Positions 31,252-41,498 of a DNA stretch of 64,000 nucleotides are shown here, one piece after another (positions within the stretch are counted from its first letter, which is position 1; each line of letters opens with the position of its first letter). The notes under the pieces were generated by a model. It searched no databases. It was not told the DNA's origin and saw only the letters and a list, made by a program, of their open reading frames with translations. The position numbers and the translations under genes were made by a program. Where the stretch lies: positions 1,984,001 to 2,048,000 of the forward strand of contig CAVTCS010000003.1 of the NCBI GenBank assembly GCA_963733295.1, in the 5' to 3' direction. Source of the DNA: Vulcanimicrobiota bacterium (lineage in GTDB: Bacteria > Vulcanimicrobiota > Vulcanimicrobiia > Vulcanimicrobiales > Vulcanimicrobiaceae).

Positions 31252-34200
31252 ACCCTAACCGGCGACCGCTCGAAGTCGGGTACGCCGAGCTCCGGTTCCG
31301 TACCTCGCGCGTGCTTCTGCTCCCGGCGCTCGACCCAGCCCATGATCCACGTGTACATGACGGGCACGAGCGCGAGCGTCAAAATCAGCGAACTGATCAA
31401 TCCGCCGATAAGCACCGTCCCCATCGAGGCGCGCTCTTCTGCGCCCTCGGTAAGACCGAGTGAGAGCGGCAGCATGCCGAAGACCATCGCGCACGTCGTC
31501 ATCAAGATCGGACGGAAGCGAGTCGCCGCCGCCGCCTTCATCGCGTCGACGACGTTCAAGCCTTTACGCCGCTGCTGGTTCGAGTAGTCGACCAGCAAGA
31601 TACCGTTCTTCGCCACGAGGCCGAACAGCATGATGATGGCGATCAGCGAGAACAGGTTGAGCGTCTGATGCCGGATCGCAAGACCGCAGAGCGCGCCCAC
31701 AATCGCTACCGGTACCGAGAACATCACGATGAACGGCTCGAGGAACGAGCCGTACAGGATCACCATCAACATATAGACTAGACAGAACGAGGTCAACAGG
31801 GCGATCCCCATGCTGCTGAACGTATCGGCGTACAGCTGCGAGTCGCCGTCGTCGGATCCCGCATCGACTCCGTTGGGCATGAAGCCCGGCGTTTTCAGCG
31901 CCTTCTGAACCGGCGCCAGGACGTCGCCGAGGGTTACGGACGTGTTGTGATCGATCGCGCCGAACACGCGCACCACCCGCTCGCGATCTTGGCGCTCGAT
32001 CTTGGTGGGCGCCGTGGTCACCGTGAAGTCAGCCACGCTCGAGAGCGGCACGAGCGTTCCGTCGGCGGCGCGGACCATGGCCTGCGTGATCTTCTGCAGA
32101 TCGTTGCGCGCGAGGGTATCGAATTGGATGCGCAGGTCGGTCAAGCCTGAGTCGAGGCGTACCTTCGTGGGGACCGCTCCTCCGATTGCGATGCGGGCGG
32201 TGAGCGCGGCATCGCTCGGCGCGACGCCGAGCAGTTCGGCGCGCGACGGATCGATGTGAATGTTGAGGCGCGGACCCTGCGCCTCGGCGCTGGTGGTGAC
32301 GTTAACCGTTCCCGGCTGCGCGCGGATCAGCGCCGCGAGCTTCTCCGCGCCCTCATTCAACGCGGCGTCGGGACCCTTGAGCGTGTAGTAGATTTCGGCG
32401 CCGCTACCTCCGCCGCTCTCGCTTGCGATTTGATAGTCCGCGCCCGGCACGACCCAGCCGAGCTTGCGCGCTTGCTTGACGACGGCGTCGGTCTCGCGGC
32501 GATGGTTCTTGTTCAAGACGACCGTGAACTCGGCGTAGTTTCCGCCGGTCAAGTTGCTGAAGCCCGAGCGCTTCGCGCCGGCGGTGCTGAGAACCGCGTC
32601 GACGTTGGGGATCTTTCGGAGCTCGGCGTCCAGCTTCGCGAGGCCGGCTTGCGTCACGGACAGCGGCGTTCCGACGCCGTAGGTCAGCGAGCCGTCGAGC
32701 ACGCCGGTCGCCGAAGACGGGATGAATTCAGAACCGATGAAGCCGAGCGGCACCAGCGAGATCGAACCCACGACGAGTACGAGGCAGACGATCGGTACGA
32801 GGATGCGATGGCGCAGCACCCACGGCAGCCCGTACGAGGTGTAGGCCTTCTGAGTGCGCTCGAAAGCGTTTTGGAACCAAGCGGCCCACCACGGAACGGC
32901 GGGACTGCGCCGTTTGACCGACCAGCGTCCTGCGAGCAGCGGGGTGAGCGTGAACGATACGAGCAGCGAGAAGAGCGTCGCGACCACGATAACCAGACCG
33001 AACTCGCGCATGTACTTTCCGACGATCCCCGTGAGAAAGGCGATCGGCGCGAACACGACGACGTCGACGAGCGTGATCGTGATCGCGGCTTGGCCGATCT
33101 CGGTCCGCCCGATATAGGCGGCGTCGAGCGGGCTTTCGCCCATGTCGCGGTGCCGGGTGATGTTTTCGAGAACCACGATCGAGTCGTCGACGAGGATTCC
33201 GATCGTCAGCCCGAGGCCCATCATCGAAATGATGTCGACGGTGAATCCCATGACGCGCATCATGATGAACGTGGCGAGCAGCGAGCTCGGAATTGCGATC
33301 ATGACGACGAGGGCGTTGCGCCAGGCGTGCAAGAACAGCAGCATCACGATCGCCGTCAGCACGATGCCTTCCAAGAGGCTTTGCAGCACGCCGTTGATCG
33401 AAGCTTTGGTGTAGTCCGCCGAGGCGTCGATCTCCGAGAACTTGATGCTGGGATATCTCTTCGCGATCTTCGCCATTTCGGCACGCGCCGCAACCGTCGT
33501 CGAAATCGTGTCGGCTGAGGCTTGGCGCTCGATGTCGAGCAGGATCGAAGGCGATCCGTTATAGGTCGAGGGCCGGCGCTGTTCGACGTGCCCGTCCTCC
33601 ACGGCGGCGACGTTGCCGATCGTCAACAGCTTTTGCGCGCCGTTGGGAATGGGCAGCGGGATGCGCAAGATGTCCGTGGGGTGGATGATGTCCGCGTGAA
33701 CCGAGACGGTCGTCTCGCTGGTCGGCGCATCGATGCGGCCGCCGGGCAGGTTCGCGTTGTTGTTCACCAGCGCGTTGTAGACGTCTTCGAGCGTCGAGTT
33801 CGACCCGAGCAGACGGCGCTGATCGGGGAATACGTGCAGCTCGCGGACGGTATCGCCCGCGGTGTCGACGCTGAGTATGCCTTGGACGCCCTTGAGCTCG
33901 GGAACGATCGAGTTGTTGACGATGTCGCTGAGTTGCGCCGCGCTCAGCGTTTTGGAGCTGAGCGCCTCTTCGAGGATCGGATCGCTTGCCGTCGATTCCT
34001 TATCGACATAGGGCGGATCCATGTCGCTCGGCATGTAGATGCGCGCCGTTTGCACCCGGCGCTGGACGTCCATCGTCTCGTAGTTGAGATCGGTGTCGAG
34101 TTTGAAGCGCGCGACGACGACGGCGGTTCCCTCCTGCGCCGTCGCGGTCAGACGGTCGAGGTTCTCCATGCCGTTGAGCTGATCTTCGATCGGCTTGATG

Positions 34201-34388
34201 ACCAGCTTCTCCATTTCGGCCGGCGACGCGCCCGGATAAGTCGCGACCGTAAAGACATACGGAAACTGGACGTTCGGAAACAGGTTGACGCCCAGCGAGA
34301 AGTACGACATCACCCCGAAGATCGCGAGACCAATAAAGAACATCGCCGTGATCACGGGATTCCTGATCGCGAAACGGGTCAGCCACAC
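31248..34388 (-). CDS. RND efflux permease (AcrB/HAE1-like)
   Basis: 1046 aa; GILVDDSIVVLENI, GLVAKNGILLVD, RFRPILMT. Confidence 0.93.
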   Translation of the reverse strand: MWLTRFAIRNPVITAMFFIGLAIFGVMSYFSLGVNLFPNVQFPYVFTVATYPGASPAEMEKLVIKPIEDQLNGMENLDRLTATAQEGTAVVVARFKLDTDLNYETMDVQRRVQTARIYMPSDMDPPYVDKESTASDPILEEALSSKTLSAAQLSDIVNNSIVPELKGVQGILSVDTAGDTVRELHVFPDQRRLLGSNSTLEDVYNALVNNNANLPGGRIDAPTSETTVSVHADIIHPTDILRIPLPIPNGAQKLLTIGNVAAVEDGHVEQRRPSTYNGSPSILLDIERQASADTISTTVAARAEMAKIAKRYPSIKFSEIDASADYTKASINGVLQSLLEGIVLTAIVMLLFLHAWRNALVVMIAIPSSLLATFIMMRVMGFTVDIISMMGLGLTIGILVDDSIVVLENITRHRDMGESPLDAAYIGRTEIGQAAITITLVDVVVFAPIAFLTGIVGKYMREFGLVIVVATLFSLLVSFTLTPLLAGRWSVKRRSPAVPWWAAWFQNAFERTQKAYTSYGLPWVLRHRILVPIVCLVLVVGSISLVPLGFIGSEFIPSSATGVLDGSLTYGVGTPLSVTQAGLAKLDAELRKIPNVDAVLSTAGAKRSGFSNLTGGNYAEFTVVLNKNHRRETDAVVKQARKLGWVVPGADYQIASESGGGSGAEIYYTLKGPDAALNEGAEKLAALIRAQPGTVNVTTSAEAQGPRLNIHIDPSRAELLGVAPSDAALTARIAIGGAVPTKVRLDSGLTDLRIQFDTLARNDLQKITQAMVRAADGTLVPLSSVADFTVTTAPTKIERQDRERVVRVFGAIDHNTSVTLGDVLAPVQKALKTPGFMPNGVDAGSDDGDSQLYADTFSSMGIALLTSFCLVYMLMVILYGSFLEPFIVMFSVPVAIVGALCGLAIRHQTLNLFSLIAIIMLFGLVAKNGILLVDYSNQQRRKGLNVVDAMKAAAATRFRPILMTTCAMVFGMLPLSLGLTEGAEERASMGTVLIGGLISSLILTLALVPVMYTWIMGWVERREQKHARGTEPELGVPDFERSPVRV

Positions 34389-34594
34389 GGTGGGAAGCTC
34401 CTATCGGTGCAAAGCGGCGTCCGTCCGTACTACGAAGCACCGGGGCGGAGGTTTCGCCGCAGCCGGGACGCTGTCCCAGACCGGCGCAGGCCGCCGTAGC
34501 GGTCCCCGGCTTGCCCGCCGGAAGGGACATGTCGCCGATATCGAATTCGGGCGAGGAGCTTTCGCATTCTTTCCTGTCTCGGAGGCAGCCATTC

Positions 34595-35914
34595 ATGCTA
34601 AATCGCGAAACCTTCCTAAAGGCGTCGATCGCCGCCGCCGGCCTGACCCTGACCTCGGCTCCGCTCGGCTCCCAGGCCGCCGATGAGCCGGCGCTCGGCA
34701 ACTTCCCGGCGGGCATCCAGGGAAATACCGCTTTCATCGGGTTCGCCTGCCCCTTGACCGGCTCGTATTCGGCAGATGGCCAGGACCTGCGCCGCGGCTA
34801 CGAGCTCGCCGTCGAGGACCTCAACAACGGGACCGGCGTCATGGCAAAAATACCGAGCCTCGCCGGGAAGAAAGGGCTGCTCGGCAAGCAGATCATCTAT
34901 AAGGTCGCCGACAGCGAGACGAACCCGAACATCGCGGTTCAGCACTCGACCGAGTTCATCAGCCAGGACAAGGCCATCATGTTCTCCGGCGGCGTCGCGA
35001 GCTCCGAGGTGATCGCCATGGAGAAGCTCGGGCAGCAACAGAAGGTCATCTTCATGAGCGGCGCGAGCGTCTCCAACGACACGACCGGAAAAGACTGCCA
35101 GCGCTACGGCTTCCGCTCCGAACAAGACGCCTACATGGTCGCAAAGGCGCTCGCGCCGGTGATCGTCAAGGCGCTCGGCCGCAACCGCAAGGCGATCTAT
35201 CTCACGCCCGACTACACCTACGGCCATTCGATGACCAATTCGATGCGTGAGTTCACCGAAAAACTCGGTTGGCAGACGGTCGGCGACGTCGTCGCACCGT
35301 TTCCGACGAGCGACTACAGCTCGTTCCTAACGAACATCGCGGCCTCGGGCGCCGACACGTTCCTCAACTCCGAATATGGAAACGACGGAATCGCGTCGAC
35401 CAAACAGGCGGCGCAGTTCGGCATTCTCAAGAAGATGAAGCTCGTCGTCCCGAACCTCTCGGGCTACTTCGCCGACGGCGTGGGCGCTGAGGTTTTCGGC
35501 GGCGTCTATGGCACGTGTGAATGGCTGTTCCCGATGCAGGATCGCTTCCCGCTCTCGAAGCTCTTCGTCCAGGACTTCCAAAAGAAATATAACCTCCTGC
35601 CGCGCTTTCAAGCTCACATCGGCTATACGGAGGTCGCGTATTGGGCGAACGCGGTGGCCCGCGCGAAGACGTTCTATCCCGTTGCGGTCATCAAGGAACT
35701 CGAGTCGGGTCAACCGCTCGACCTGACGATGGGCAAAGTCTACTTTCGCGCCGAGGACCACCAAATGGTCCGCCCGGTTCCGGTCGTGATCGGGAAGAAG
35801 CCGTCGGAGATGACCAACAAAGACGACTTCCTGCGACTGGTGGAACTCGTACCGGGTGCCGATGTCATGCAGCCGCTCGAGTTGACCGGGTGCACGTTGC
35901 CCGGCTACACCTAA
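34595..35914 (+). CDS. Liv-type (branched-chain amino acid/amide) ABC substrate-binding protein
   Basis: Tat-like MLNRETFLK leader after GGAGG; PLTGSYS, DYTYGH, RAEDHQ. Confidence 0.85.
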   Translation: MLNRETFLKASIAAAGLTLTSAPLGSQAADEPALGNFPAGIQGNTAFIGFACPLTGSYSADGQDLRRGYELAVEDLNNGTGVMAKIPSLAGKKGLLGKQIIYKVADSETNPNIAVQHSTEFISQDKAIMFSGGVASSEVIAMEKLGQQQKVIFMSGASVSNDTTGKDCQRYGFRSEQDAYMVAKALAPVIVKALGRNRKAIYLTPDYTYGHSMTNSMREFTEKLGWQTVGDVVAPFPTSDYSSFLTNIAASGADTFLNSEYGNDGIASTKQAAQFGILKKMKLVVPNLSGYFADGVGAEVFGGVYGTCEWLFPMQDRFPLSKLFVQDFQKKYNLLPRFQAHIGYTEVAYWANAVARAKTFYPVAVIKELESGQPLDLTMGKVYFRAEDHQMVRPVPVVIGKKPSEMTNKDDFLRLVELVPGADVMQPLELTGCTLPGYT

Positions 35915-35930
35915 ACCGGAGCCGGAAGCA

Positions 35931-36803
35931 ACGCCTATTCATCTCATCGAGGCGCAGCTCCTCAACGGCGTCGCGCTCGGCGCGACGCTGGCTCTGGTTG
36001 CACTCGGTCTGACGATCGTCTTTGGCCTGCTCGGCTTCGTGAACTTCGCGCACGGCGCGCTGTTCATGCTCGGGGCGTACGCCGCGTGGGTCGCATACAC
36101 GAAAACCGGCTCGTTCGTCATCGGTATCGTGGCTGCGATCGCGGTGGCCTTTGTCGTGGGCGTGGTGATCGAACGACTGCTGATCCGGCTCTACTATCGG
36201 CGCCCGGCCGAAGATCAGATTCTCGTCACCTTTGGTTTGGGCATCGTTCTGGTCGAAACGGTGCGAACGATCTTCGGGGGCCAAACGCAGCTCGTTTCGA
36301 CGCCGGCTTGGGGTGAAGGCGCGGTGCAGATCGCCGATCTCGTCTATCCGCTCTATCGCTTGCAAGTCGTCGGCATCGTCGCCCTGACCCTGTTGGTCGT
36401 TTGGCTCCTGTTGTTCAAAACTCGCATGGGTTTGATCGTGCGAGCCGGTATCGACGATGCGTTGATCGTCAACGTGCTCGGCATCAACGTCAACCGGACG
36501 CTCATGCTGGTTTTCGCGCTGGGAGCACTGGTCGCCGGACTCGCGGGAGCCATCGATTCACCGATCGCTGCGGTCAACCCCGACATGGGAACCGGCTTGC
36601 TGGTGGAGTCGTTCGTCGTCATCGTGATCGGCGGCGTCGGCTCGTTCTCGGGAGCGATCGTCGGCGGTCTGCTCGCCGGTGAGATCATCAGTCTCACGAC
36701 CGTCTGGGCGTCCGACTGGTCGCAAGTCATGCTCTACATCGCGATGGCGCTCGTCTTGATCGTGCGACCACAGGGATTATTGGGCGTCGAAGGTCGCGTG
36801 TGA
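35931..36803 (+). CDS. LivH-like ABC permease
   Basis: QLLNGVALG...GLTIVFGLLGFVNFAHG; conserved N-terminus extends upstream of GTG 36039 to about 35931 (ACG). Confidence 0.85.
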   Translation, partial: TPIHLIEAQLLNGVALGATLALVALGLTIVFGLLGFVNFAHGALFMLGAYAAWVAYTKTGSFVIGIVAAIAVAFVVGVVIERLLIRLYYRRPAEDQILVTFGLGIVLVETVRTIFGGQTQLVSTPAWGEGAVQIADLVYPLYRLQVVGIVALTLLVVWLLLFKTRMGLIVRAGIDDALIVNVLGINVNRTLMLVFALGALVAGLAGAIDSPIAAVNPDMGTGLLVESFVVIVIGGVGSFSGAIVGGLLAGEIISLTTVWASDWSQVMLYIAMALVLIVRPQGLLGVEGRV

Positions 36804-37861
36804 AGCTTCGCGCCGTCGCCGATCGCACGGGGCTGTGGGTCGAAGGGCTGGTCATCGCGTTCCTGATCGTCTTCCCGTGGATCTTGCAGCTGGCAGGCAC
36901 CGGAACCGACCTCGGGACGCGGATCTTGATCTTCGGTCTGTTCGGACTCGGAATGGACCTGATCTTCGGCTTCACCGGGTTGCTCTCGTTCGGTCAGGCG
37001 GCATTCTTCGGGAGCGGCGGTTTCATCACGTCGTACCTGCTGGTGCAGCACATCATTCCGAACACGCTCGCCGCGCTCGCGATCGGAACGATTTGCGCGG
37101 CCATCCTCGGCGCGGCCATCGGCTCCCTCGCGTTGCGCCAAAGAGGCATCTATTTCGCGATGCTCACGATCGCGTTTGCGCAGCTGTTCTACTTCCTCGA
37201 AAATTCGCCGCTGCGTGCCTACACGGGTGGCGAGAACGGCCTTCCCGGCGTTCCCAGGCCAACGGTCCCGCTGGGTTTTACGACGCTCGACTTCAGTTCG
37301 GGAATCGGGATGTACGTGTTCGTCGCGATCATCTACTTCGTCGGATTCGCGATTGCGCGCCGCATCGTCCGCTCGCCGTTCGGCGCAGTTCTTCATGCCA
37401 TCCTCGAGAACCGGGAACGAGCCGCGGCCGTCGGGCACGACGTGCGCCTGTACCAACTCGTCGCCTTCACGATCGCCGCGGCGTACGCGGGTTGCGCGGG
37501 CAGCTTGCTCGCGATGCTGCAAAACTACATGCCGCCCGAGGCGTTCTCGATCGAGCAGTCGGGTGAGATCCTCATCATGACGGTGATCGGAGGCGCCGGC
37601 ACGCTTATCGGCCCGCTGGTCGGGGCGGGAGTGTGGCTCTACCTGCGCCAGGAGCTGCAAAATATCGACCTGGTCGCCAATATTTGGAAGCTCGTCCTTG
37701 GGGTGATCTTCGTTTTACTCGTTACCGGCTTCCGGCGCGGAATCGTCGGCGGATTCGTGGCGTTTGCGCAACGGCGCGCACGGCGACGGGAAGCGGCGGA
37801 AGCCGAAGAACTTGCCCGGATGGAGACGCTGGCCGAAGAGAAGGCGGCAGCCGAACTCTGA
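36800..37861 (+). CDS. LivM-like ABC permease
   Basis: GFTGLLSFGQAAFFG, GIYFAMLT, TGGENG. Confidence 0.88.
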   Translation: MKLRAVADRTGLWVEGLVIAFLIVFPWILQLAGTGTDLGTRILIFGLFGLGMDLIFGFTGLLSFGQAAFFGSGGFITSYLLVQHIIPNTLAALAIGTICAAILGAAIGSLALRQRGIYFAMLTIAFAQLFYFLENSPLRAYTGGENGLPGVPRPTVPLGFTTLDFSSGIGMYVFVAIIYFVGFAIARRIVRSPFGAVLHAILENRERAAAVGHDVRLYQLVAFTIAAAYAGCAGSLLAMLQNYMPPEAFSIEQSGEILIMTVIGGAGTLIGPLVGAGVWLYLRQELQNIDLVANIWKLVLGVIFVLLVTGFRRGIVGGFVAFAQRRARRREAAEAEELARMETLAEEKAAAEL

Positions 37862-38637
37862 TGGTTTCCGCAGAAGTGAGCCCGCTACTCGAAGCGCGCG
37901 AGCTGACCAAGAGCTTTGGCGGACTCATTGCCGTCGACCAGGTTTCGCTTGCGATCGAACCCGGCACGGTGACGGCGCTGATCGGTCCCAACGGCGCCGG
38001 CAAGAGCACGTTTTTTAAGATGCTCGCCGGCGAGATCGCGCCAACGAGCGGAGACATCATGCTGCGCGGACAGCGCATCACCGGTAGCGGCGCAGCCAGC
38101 ATCTGTCAGCTCGGAATCGCAAAGAGCTATCAGGTCACCCAGATCTTTCCCAAGCTGACGGTAGTCGAGAATCTGATGATTCCGGCGCTCGCGTCCATTC
38201 GCGGTCGCTTTCGCGCCGACGTGTTTCGGAGCGTTCGCCGGGTCGGGCGTCTGGCCGAACTCGTCGAAAGCGTGCTGAGCAAGATTCGGCTCACCGAACG
38301 CGCCGAGATGCGCGCCGGCGATCTATCGTACGGCGAGAAACGACGGCTCGAGGTCGGCTTGGCGCTCGCCACCGAACCGGAACTTCTGCTGCTCGACGAG
38401 CCGGCCGCCGGTATGAGCGCCCGCGAAACGCACGACACGATCGAATTGATCAAGACCTTGCGCAAGACGCTGACGATCGTCATCGTCGAACACGACATGG
38501 ACGTCGTCTTCGGTCTCGCCGACAAGATCATGGTGCTGCAAGACGGCAAGACGATCGCATACGACGTACCGGAAGCAATTCGCCGCGACCCGCGCGTTCA
38601 AGAGGCGTACCTCGGAGGGATTGAGGACGTCTCATGA
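37861..38637 (+). CDS. LivG-like ABC ATP-binding protein
   Basis: GPNGAGKST, LSYGEKRRLE, EHDMD, VQEAYLG. Confidence 0.9.
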   Translation: MVSAEVSPLLEARELTKSFGGLIAVDQVSLAIEPGTVTALIGPNGAGKSTFFKMLAGEIAPTSGDIMLRGQRITGSGAASICQLGIAKSYQVTQIFPKLTVVENLMIPALASIRGRFRADVFRSVRRVGRLAELVESVLSKIRLTERAEMRAGDLSYGEKRRLEVGLALATEPELLLLDEPAAGMSARETHDTIELIKTLRKTLTIVIVEHDMDVVFGLADKIMVLQDGKTIAYDVPEAIRRDPRVQEAYLGGIEDVS

Positions 38638-39332
38638 GCCTGCTCGAGGTCGACGCGATCAACACGTATTACGGTGACTCGCACACCCTCTTCGACCTTT
38701 CGCTGCACGTCGAACCAGGCGAAGTCGTTGCGTTGCTGGGCCGCAACGGATCGGGAAAGACGACGACGATGAACACGATCATGGGCGTGCTCGCGCCCCG
38801 CAGCGGCGCGATCCGCTTCGACGGGCGTAACGTCGCGGGACTACCGCCGTATCAGATCGCGAAGCGCGGCGTTCAACTCGTTCCCGACACGCGGCGGATC
38901 GTCAAGACCATCACCGTTGAGGAGAATCTGCAGCTGGCCGCCTTCAGCGCGAAGACGCCTTGGTCTCGGGAGCGGATCTATGCGCTCTTTCCTCGGCTCG
39001 AGCAACGTCGCAAGAGTATGGGACGCGCGCTGTCCGGCGGCGAGCAACAGATGCTCGCGATCGCGCGCGCGCTTATCCGCGACGCGCAGCTGTTGCTGCT
39101 CGACGAACCTTTCGAAGGTCTCGCGCCGCTGATCGTCCGCGATCTCGTCGCAGCGGTCAAGCAGCTGAACGAAACCGGCAGAACGATCGTGATCGTCGAA
39201 CAGAACGTCCGCGCCGCGCTCTTGCTCGCGAGCCGCTGTTACATTTTGAGCAAGGGTCGAGTCGTCTACGAGGGTCCTTCGCGCGAGCTCCATGCGAGCC
39301 AGGAGCTCATGCACCGCTACCTGGGAGTTTAG
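38634..39332 (+). CDS. LivF-like ABC ATP-binding protein
   Basis: GRNGSGKTT, LSGGEQQMLAIARAL, EQN. Confidence 0.9.
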   Translation: MSLLEVDAINTYYGDSHTLFDLSLHVEPGEVVALLGRNGSGKTTTMNTIMGVLAPRSGAIRFDGRNVAGLPPYQIAKRGVQLVPDTRRIVKTITVEENLQLAAFSAKTPWSRERIYALFPRLEQRRKSMGRALSGGEQQMLAIARALIRDAQLLLLDEPFEGLAPLIVRDLVAAVKQLNETGRTIVIVEQNVRAALLLASRCYILSKGRVVYEGPSRELHASQELMHRYLGV

Positions 39333-40545
39333 CCGCACGGCCGGCGAGCTTTGTCTCGTCTTCGAGCGTTCGTTCTATCCAGCGCGCAGCGCGCAAGAGC
39401 GCGGCATCCGAACCTGGGCCGCCCACGAGCTGCACGCCGATCGGCAAACCCTCGGCCGAACTCGCGATCGGTAGCGAAAGCGCGGGGAAACCCCAGTACG
39501 TCCACGGACCAAGCGGTAGGGGATCGCCCGTCGACTCACGGCCCGGCGCCGGATTAGCCGCGCCGAGCATCAGCGCGTCAAACCGGCCTACGAGTGCGGC
39601 GATCTCGCCGCGGCTTCGCCTGCACGACGCAAGAGCTTCGCGGTAATCTTCGTACGCGATGCCGGCGCCACGCGCGATGAGTTCGTCGATCTGCGGAGGC
39701 AACTTCAGCGCGCGCAACGGCCCAAGCGACGCGAACGCTTCAGCCGCTAAGATCGTGTCCAACGGTTCGATCGAGGCGTCGACCGCCGGCGGCAGGTCGA
39801 TAACTTCGACCGTGCATCCAGCAGCTCGCAAGCGCTCGGCAAGCGCGGCGAGCGCGCTGCGCACTTCGCCATCAAAGCGCTCGGCGTTGGCTTGCGGCGC
39901 GAAGGCGATGCGCGGCGGCCGGTCTGAGCGCGTATCGATACCAGACAAGAACACCGCGGCGAAGCGCGCAGCCGTTTCGACGTCGCAAGCCAGCACGCCG
40001 ACGTGATCGAGCGACGGTGCTAGCCGTCCAACCCCTTGCATCGGAATGGTACCGAAAGTCGGCTTGAATCCGACGACTCCGCAAAAGCTGGCCGGCCGCA
40101 GAATCGATCCGATCGTCTGCGTTCCGAGCGCGAACGGAACGTGTCCGGCCGCGACCGCCGCGGCGCTACCTGCACTCGACCCGCCCGGCGTGCGCGCTGC
40201 GTCATGCGGGTTACGGGTCGGAGCGGGATCTTTGAACGCGAGCGGCGTGGTCACCGTTTTGCCCACCGGCACGGCGCCCGCGGCCCGCAGCGCGGCAACG
40301 CACCACGCGTCCAATGCAGCCGCGGGAGTGTCGAGCTCGAGTCCGTTGCGCGTTGAAAAGCCCACGACGTCGATGACGTCTTTGACGCCGAACGGAATCC
40401 CGGACAACGGACCGCGCGCAGCAAGACGACGCGGCGCCTCCCGATCGACTTGCACCCAAGCACGCAGATCGGCATCGCCTGCAGCGATCCGCTCGAGGGC
40501 CTCCGCGGCGTTCTGCGCTGCGGGCATGCGGACCGGCACGATCAA
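39307..40545 (-). CDS. Amidase signature family enzyme
   Basis: GVKD, GGSSAGS, GTQTIGSILRPA (Lys-Ser-Ser triad). Confidence 0.9.
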   Translation of the reverse strand: MIVPVRMPAAQNAAEALERIAAGDADLRAWVQVDREAPRRLAARGPLSGIPFGVKDVIDVVGFSTRNGLELDTPAAALDAWCVAALRAAGAVPVGKTVTTPLAFKDPAPTRNPHDAARTPGGSSAGSAAAVAAGHVPFALGTQTIGSILRPASFCGVVGFKPTFGTIPMQGVGRLAPSLDHVGVLACDVETAARFAAVFLSGIDTRSDRPPRIAFAPQANAERFDGEVRSALAALAERLRAAGCTVEVIDLPPAVDASIEPLDTILAAEAFASLGPLRALKLPPQIDELIARGAGIAYEDYREALASCRRSRGEIAALVGRFDALMLGAANPAPGRESTGDPLPLGPWTYWGFPALSLPIASSAEGLPIGVQLVGGPGSDAALLRAARWIERTLEDETKLAGRAAKLPGSGA

Positions 40546-40574
40546 CTCACCGTTACCACCAAAGGAACAAAGAT

Positions 40575-41498
40575 TTAAGGTTCAAGCGTCCGAGCGACCC
40601 GGAAACCAAGGTAGTTGAGCCGGTAGTCGGATGCGAACCAGTAGCGGCTCGCCGAGCGGAGGAAGGCAGGAGCGATGAGCCAGGACCCGCCGCGCACGAC
40701 ACGGTGATAACAGCTAGCGCCGTCGATCCACGCCGAGCCGTCCGCCGGCGCGCCGCTGTAGGTGTTGTGGTAGCAATCCTCGGTCCACTCCCGGACATTG
40801 CCTACCATATCGAAGAGACCGAACCTGTTAGGGGCAAACGAACCGACCGGCGCGGTTTGCCTGGCGTCCCATTGGCTCCCACAGGCGTGGCAGTTCGCAT
40901 TGTTCGTGCCGATGGCATTGCCCCAGGGATAGGCCGTCTGCGTCCCGGCGCGCGTCGCATACTCGTATTCGGACCCCGAGAGCAACCGATAAGACTTGCC
41001 GGTCTTTTTCGACAGCCAAGCGACGTAAGCTTTGGCATCGTCCCAAGAAACGTTGATCACCGGTCTGCGGCCGCGGCCCCAGCCTTCATCGGAGGGCTTG
41101 TAGCCGTTGCAGCCGCCATCGGCCGCGCACGCATCCCATTCGTCGAAGGTCACCTCAAACCGGTCGACTGCAAATTGTCGCGCAATCGTGACCTTGTGTT
41201 GTGGGCCTTCGTCGGCCGAACGCCCCGGCTCGCTTGACGGCGAACCCATCGTGAAGCTCCCGGCCGGCACCACCAGCATCTCCGGGCAATTCGCACATTC
41301 CTTAAACGTGTCGCGCGGCTTCAGCGCCTTCTCTTGCATCCGCGATAGCGGCGCAACCTGAGTCGACGCGGCGGACGCTGCCGGCATTGTGAGCCATACG
41401 ATGATTGCGGCGCCAAGCACGCACGGCCCAACGAACGATGTCAGCACTGGCACAGTGCGCCGCCGCGCTTCTTCTTCGCGGCCTTCACACCTGTTCAT
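40575..41498 (-). CDS. FGE/SUMF1-fold (C-type lectin-like) protein with a DGR variable-region-like C-terminus
   Basis: CPEM..VPAGSFTMGS, PVINVSWDDA, GNVREW, RGGSW..LRSA.R..LGFRV; no FGE catalytic cysteines. Confidence 0.85.
   Translation of the reverse strand: MNRCEGREEEARRRTVPVLTSFVGPCVLGAAIIVWLTMPAASAASTQVAPLSRMQEKALKPRDTFKECANCPEMLVVPAGSFTMGSPSSEPGRSADEGPQHKVTIARQFAVDRFEVTFDEWDACAADGGCNGYKPSDEGWGRGRRPVINVSWDDAKAYVAWLSKKTGKSYRLLSGSEYEYATRAGTQTAYPWGNAIGTNNANCHACGSQWDARQTAPVGSFAPNRFGLFDMVGNVREWTEDCYHNTYSGAPADGSAWIDGASCYHRVVRGGSWLIAPAFLRSASRYWFASDYRLNYLGFRVARTLEP

Noticed and set aside
2650..33518. Long Arg/Ala-rich overlapping ORFs (e.g. 2650-3909, 3967-5229, 4545-5885, 32256-33518)
   Set aside because: Shadow frames of real high-GC genes with no family motifs
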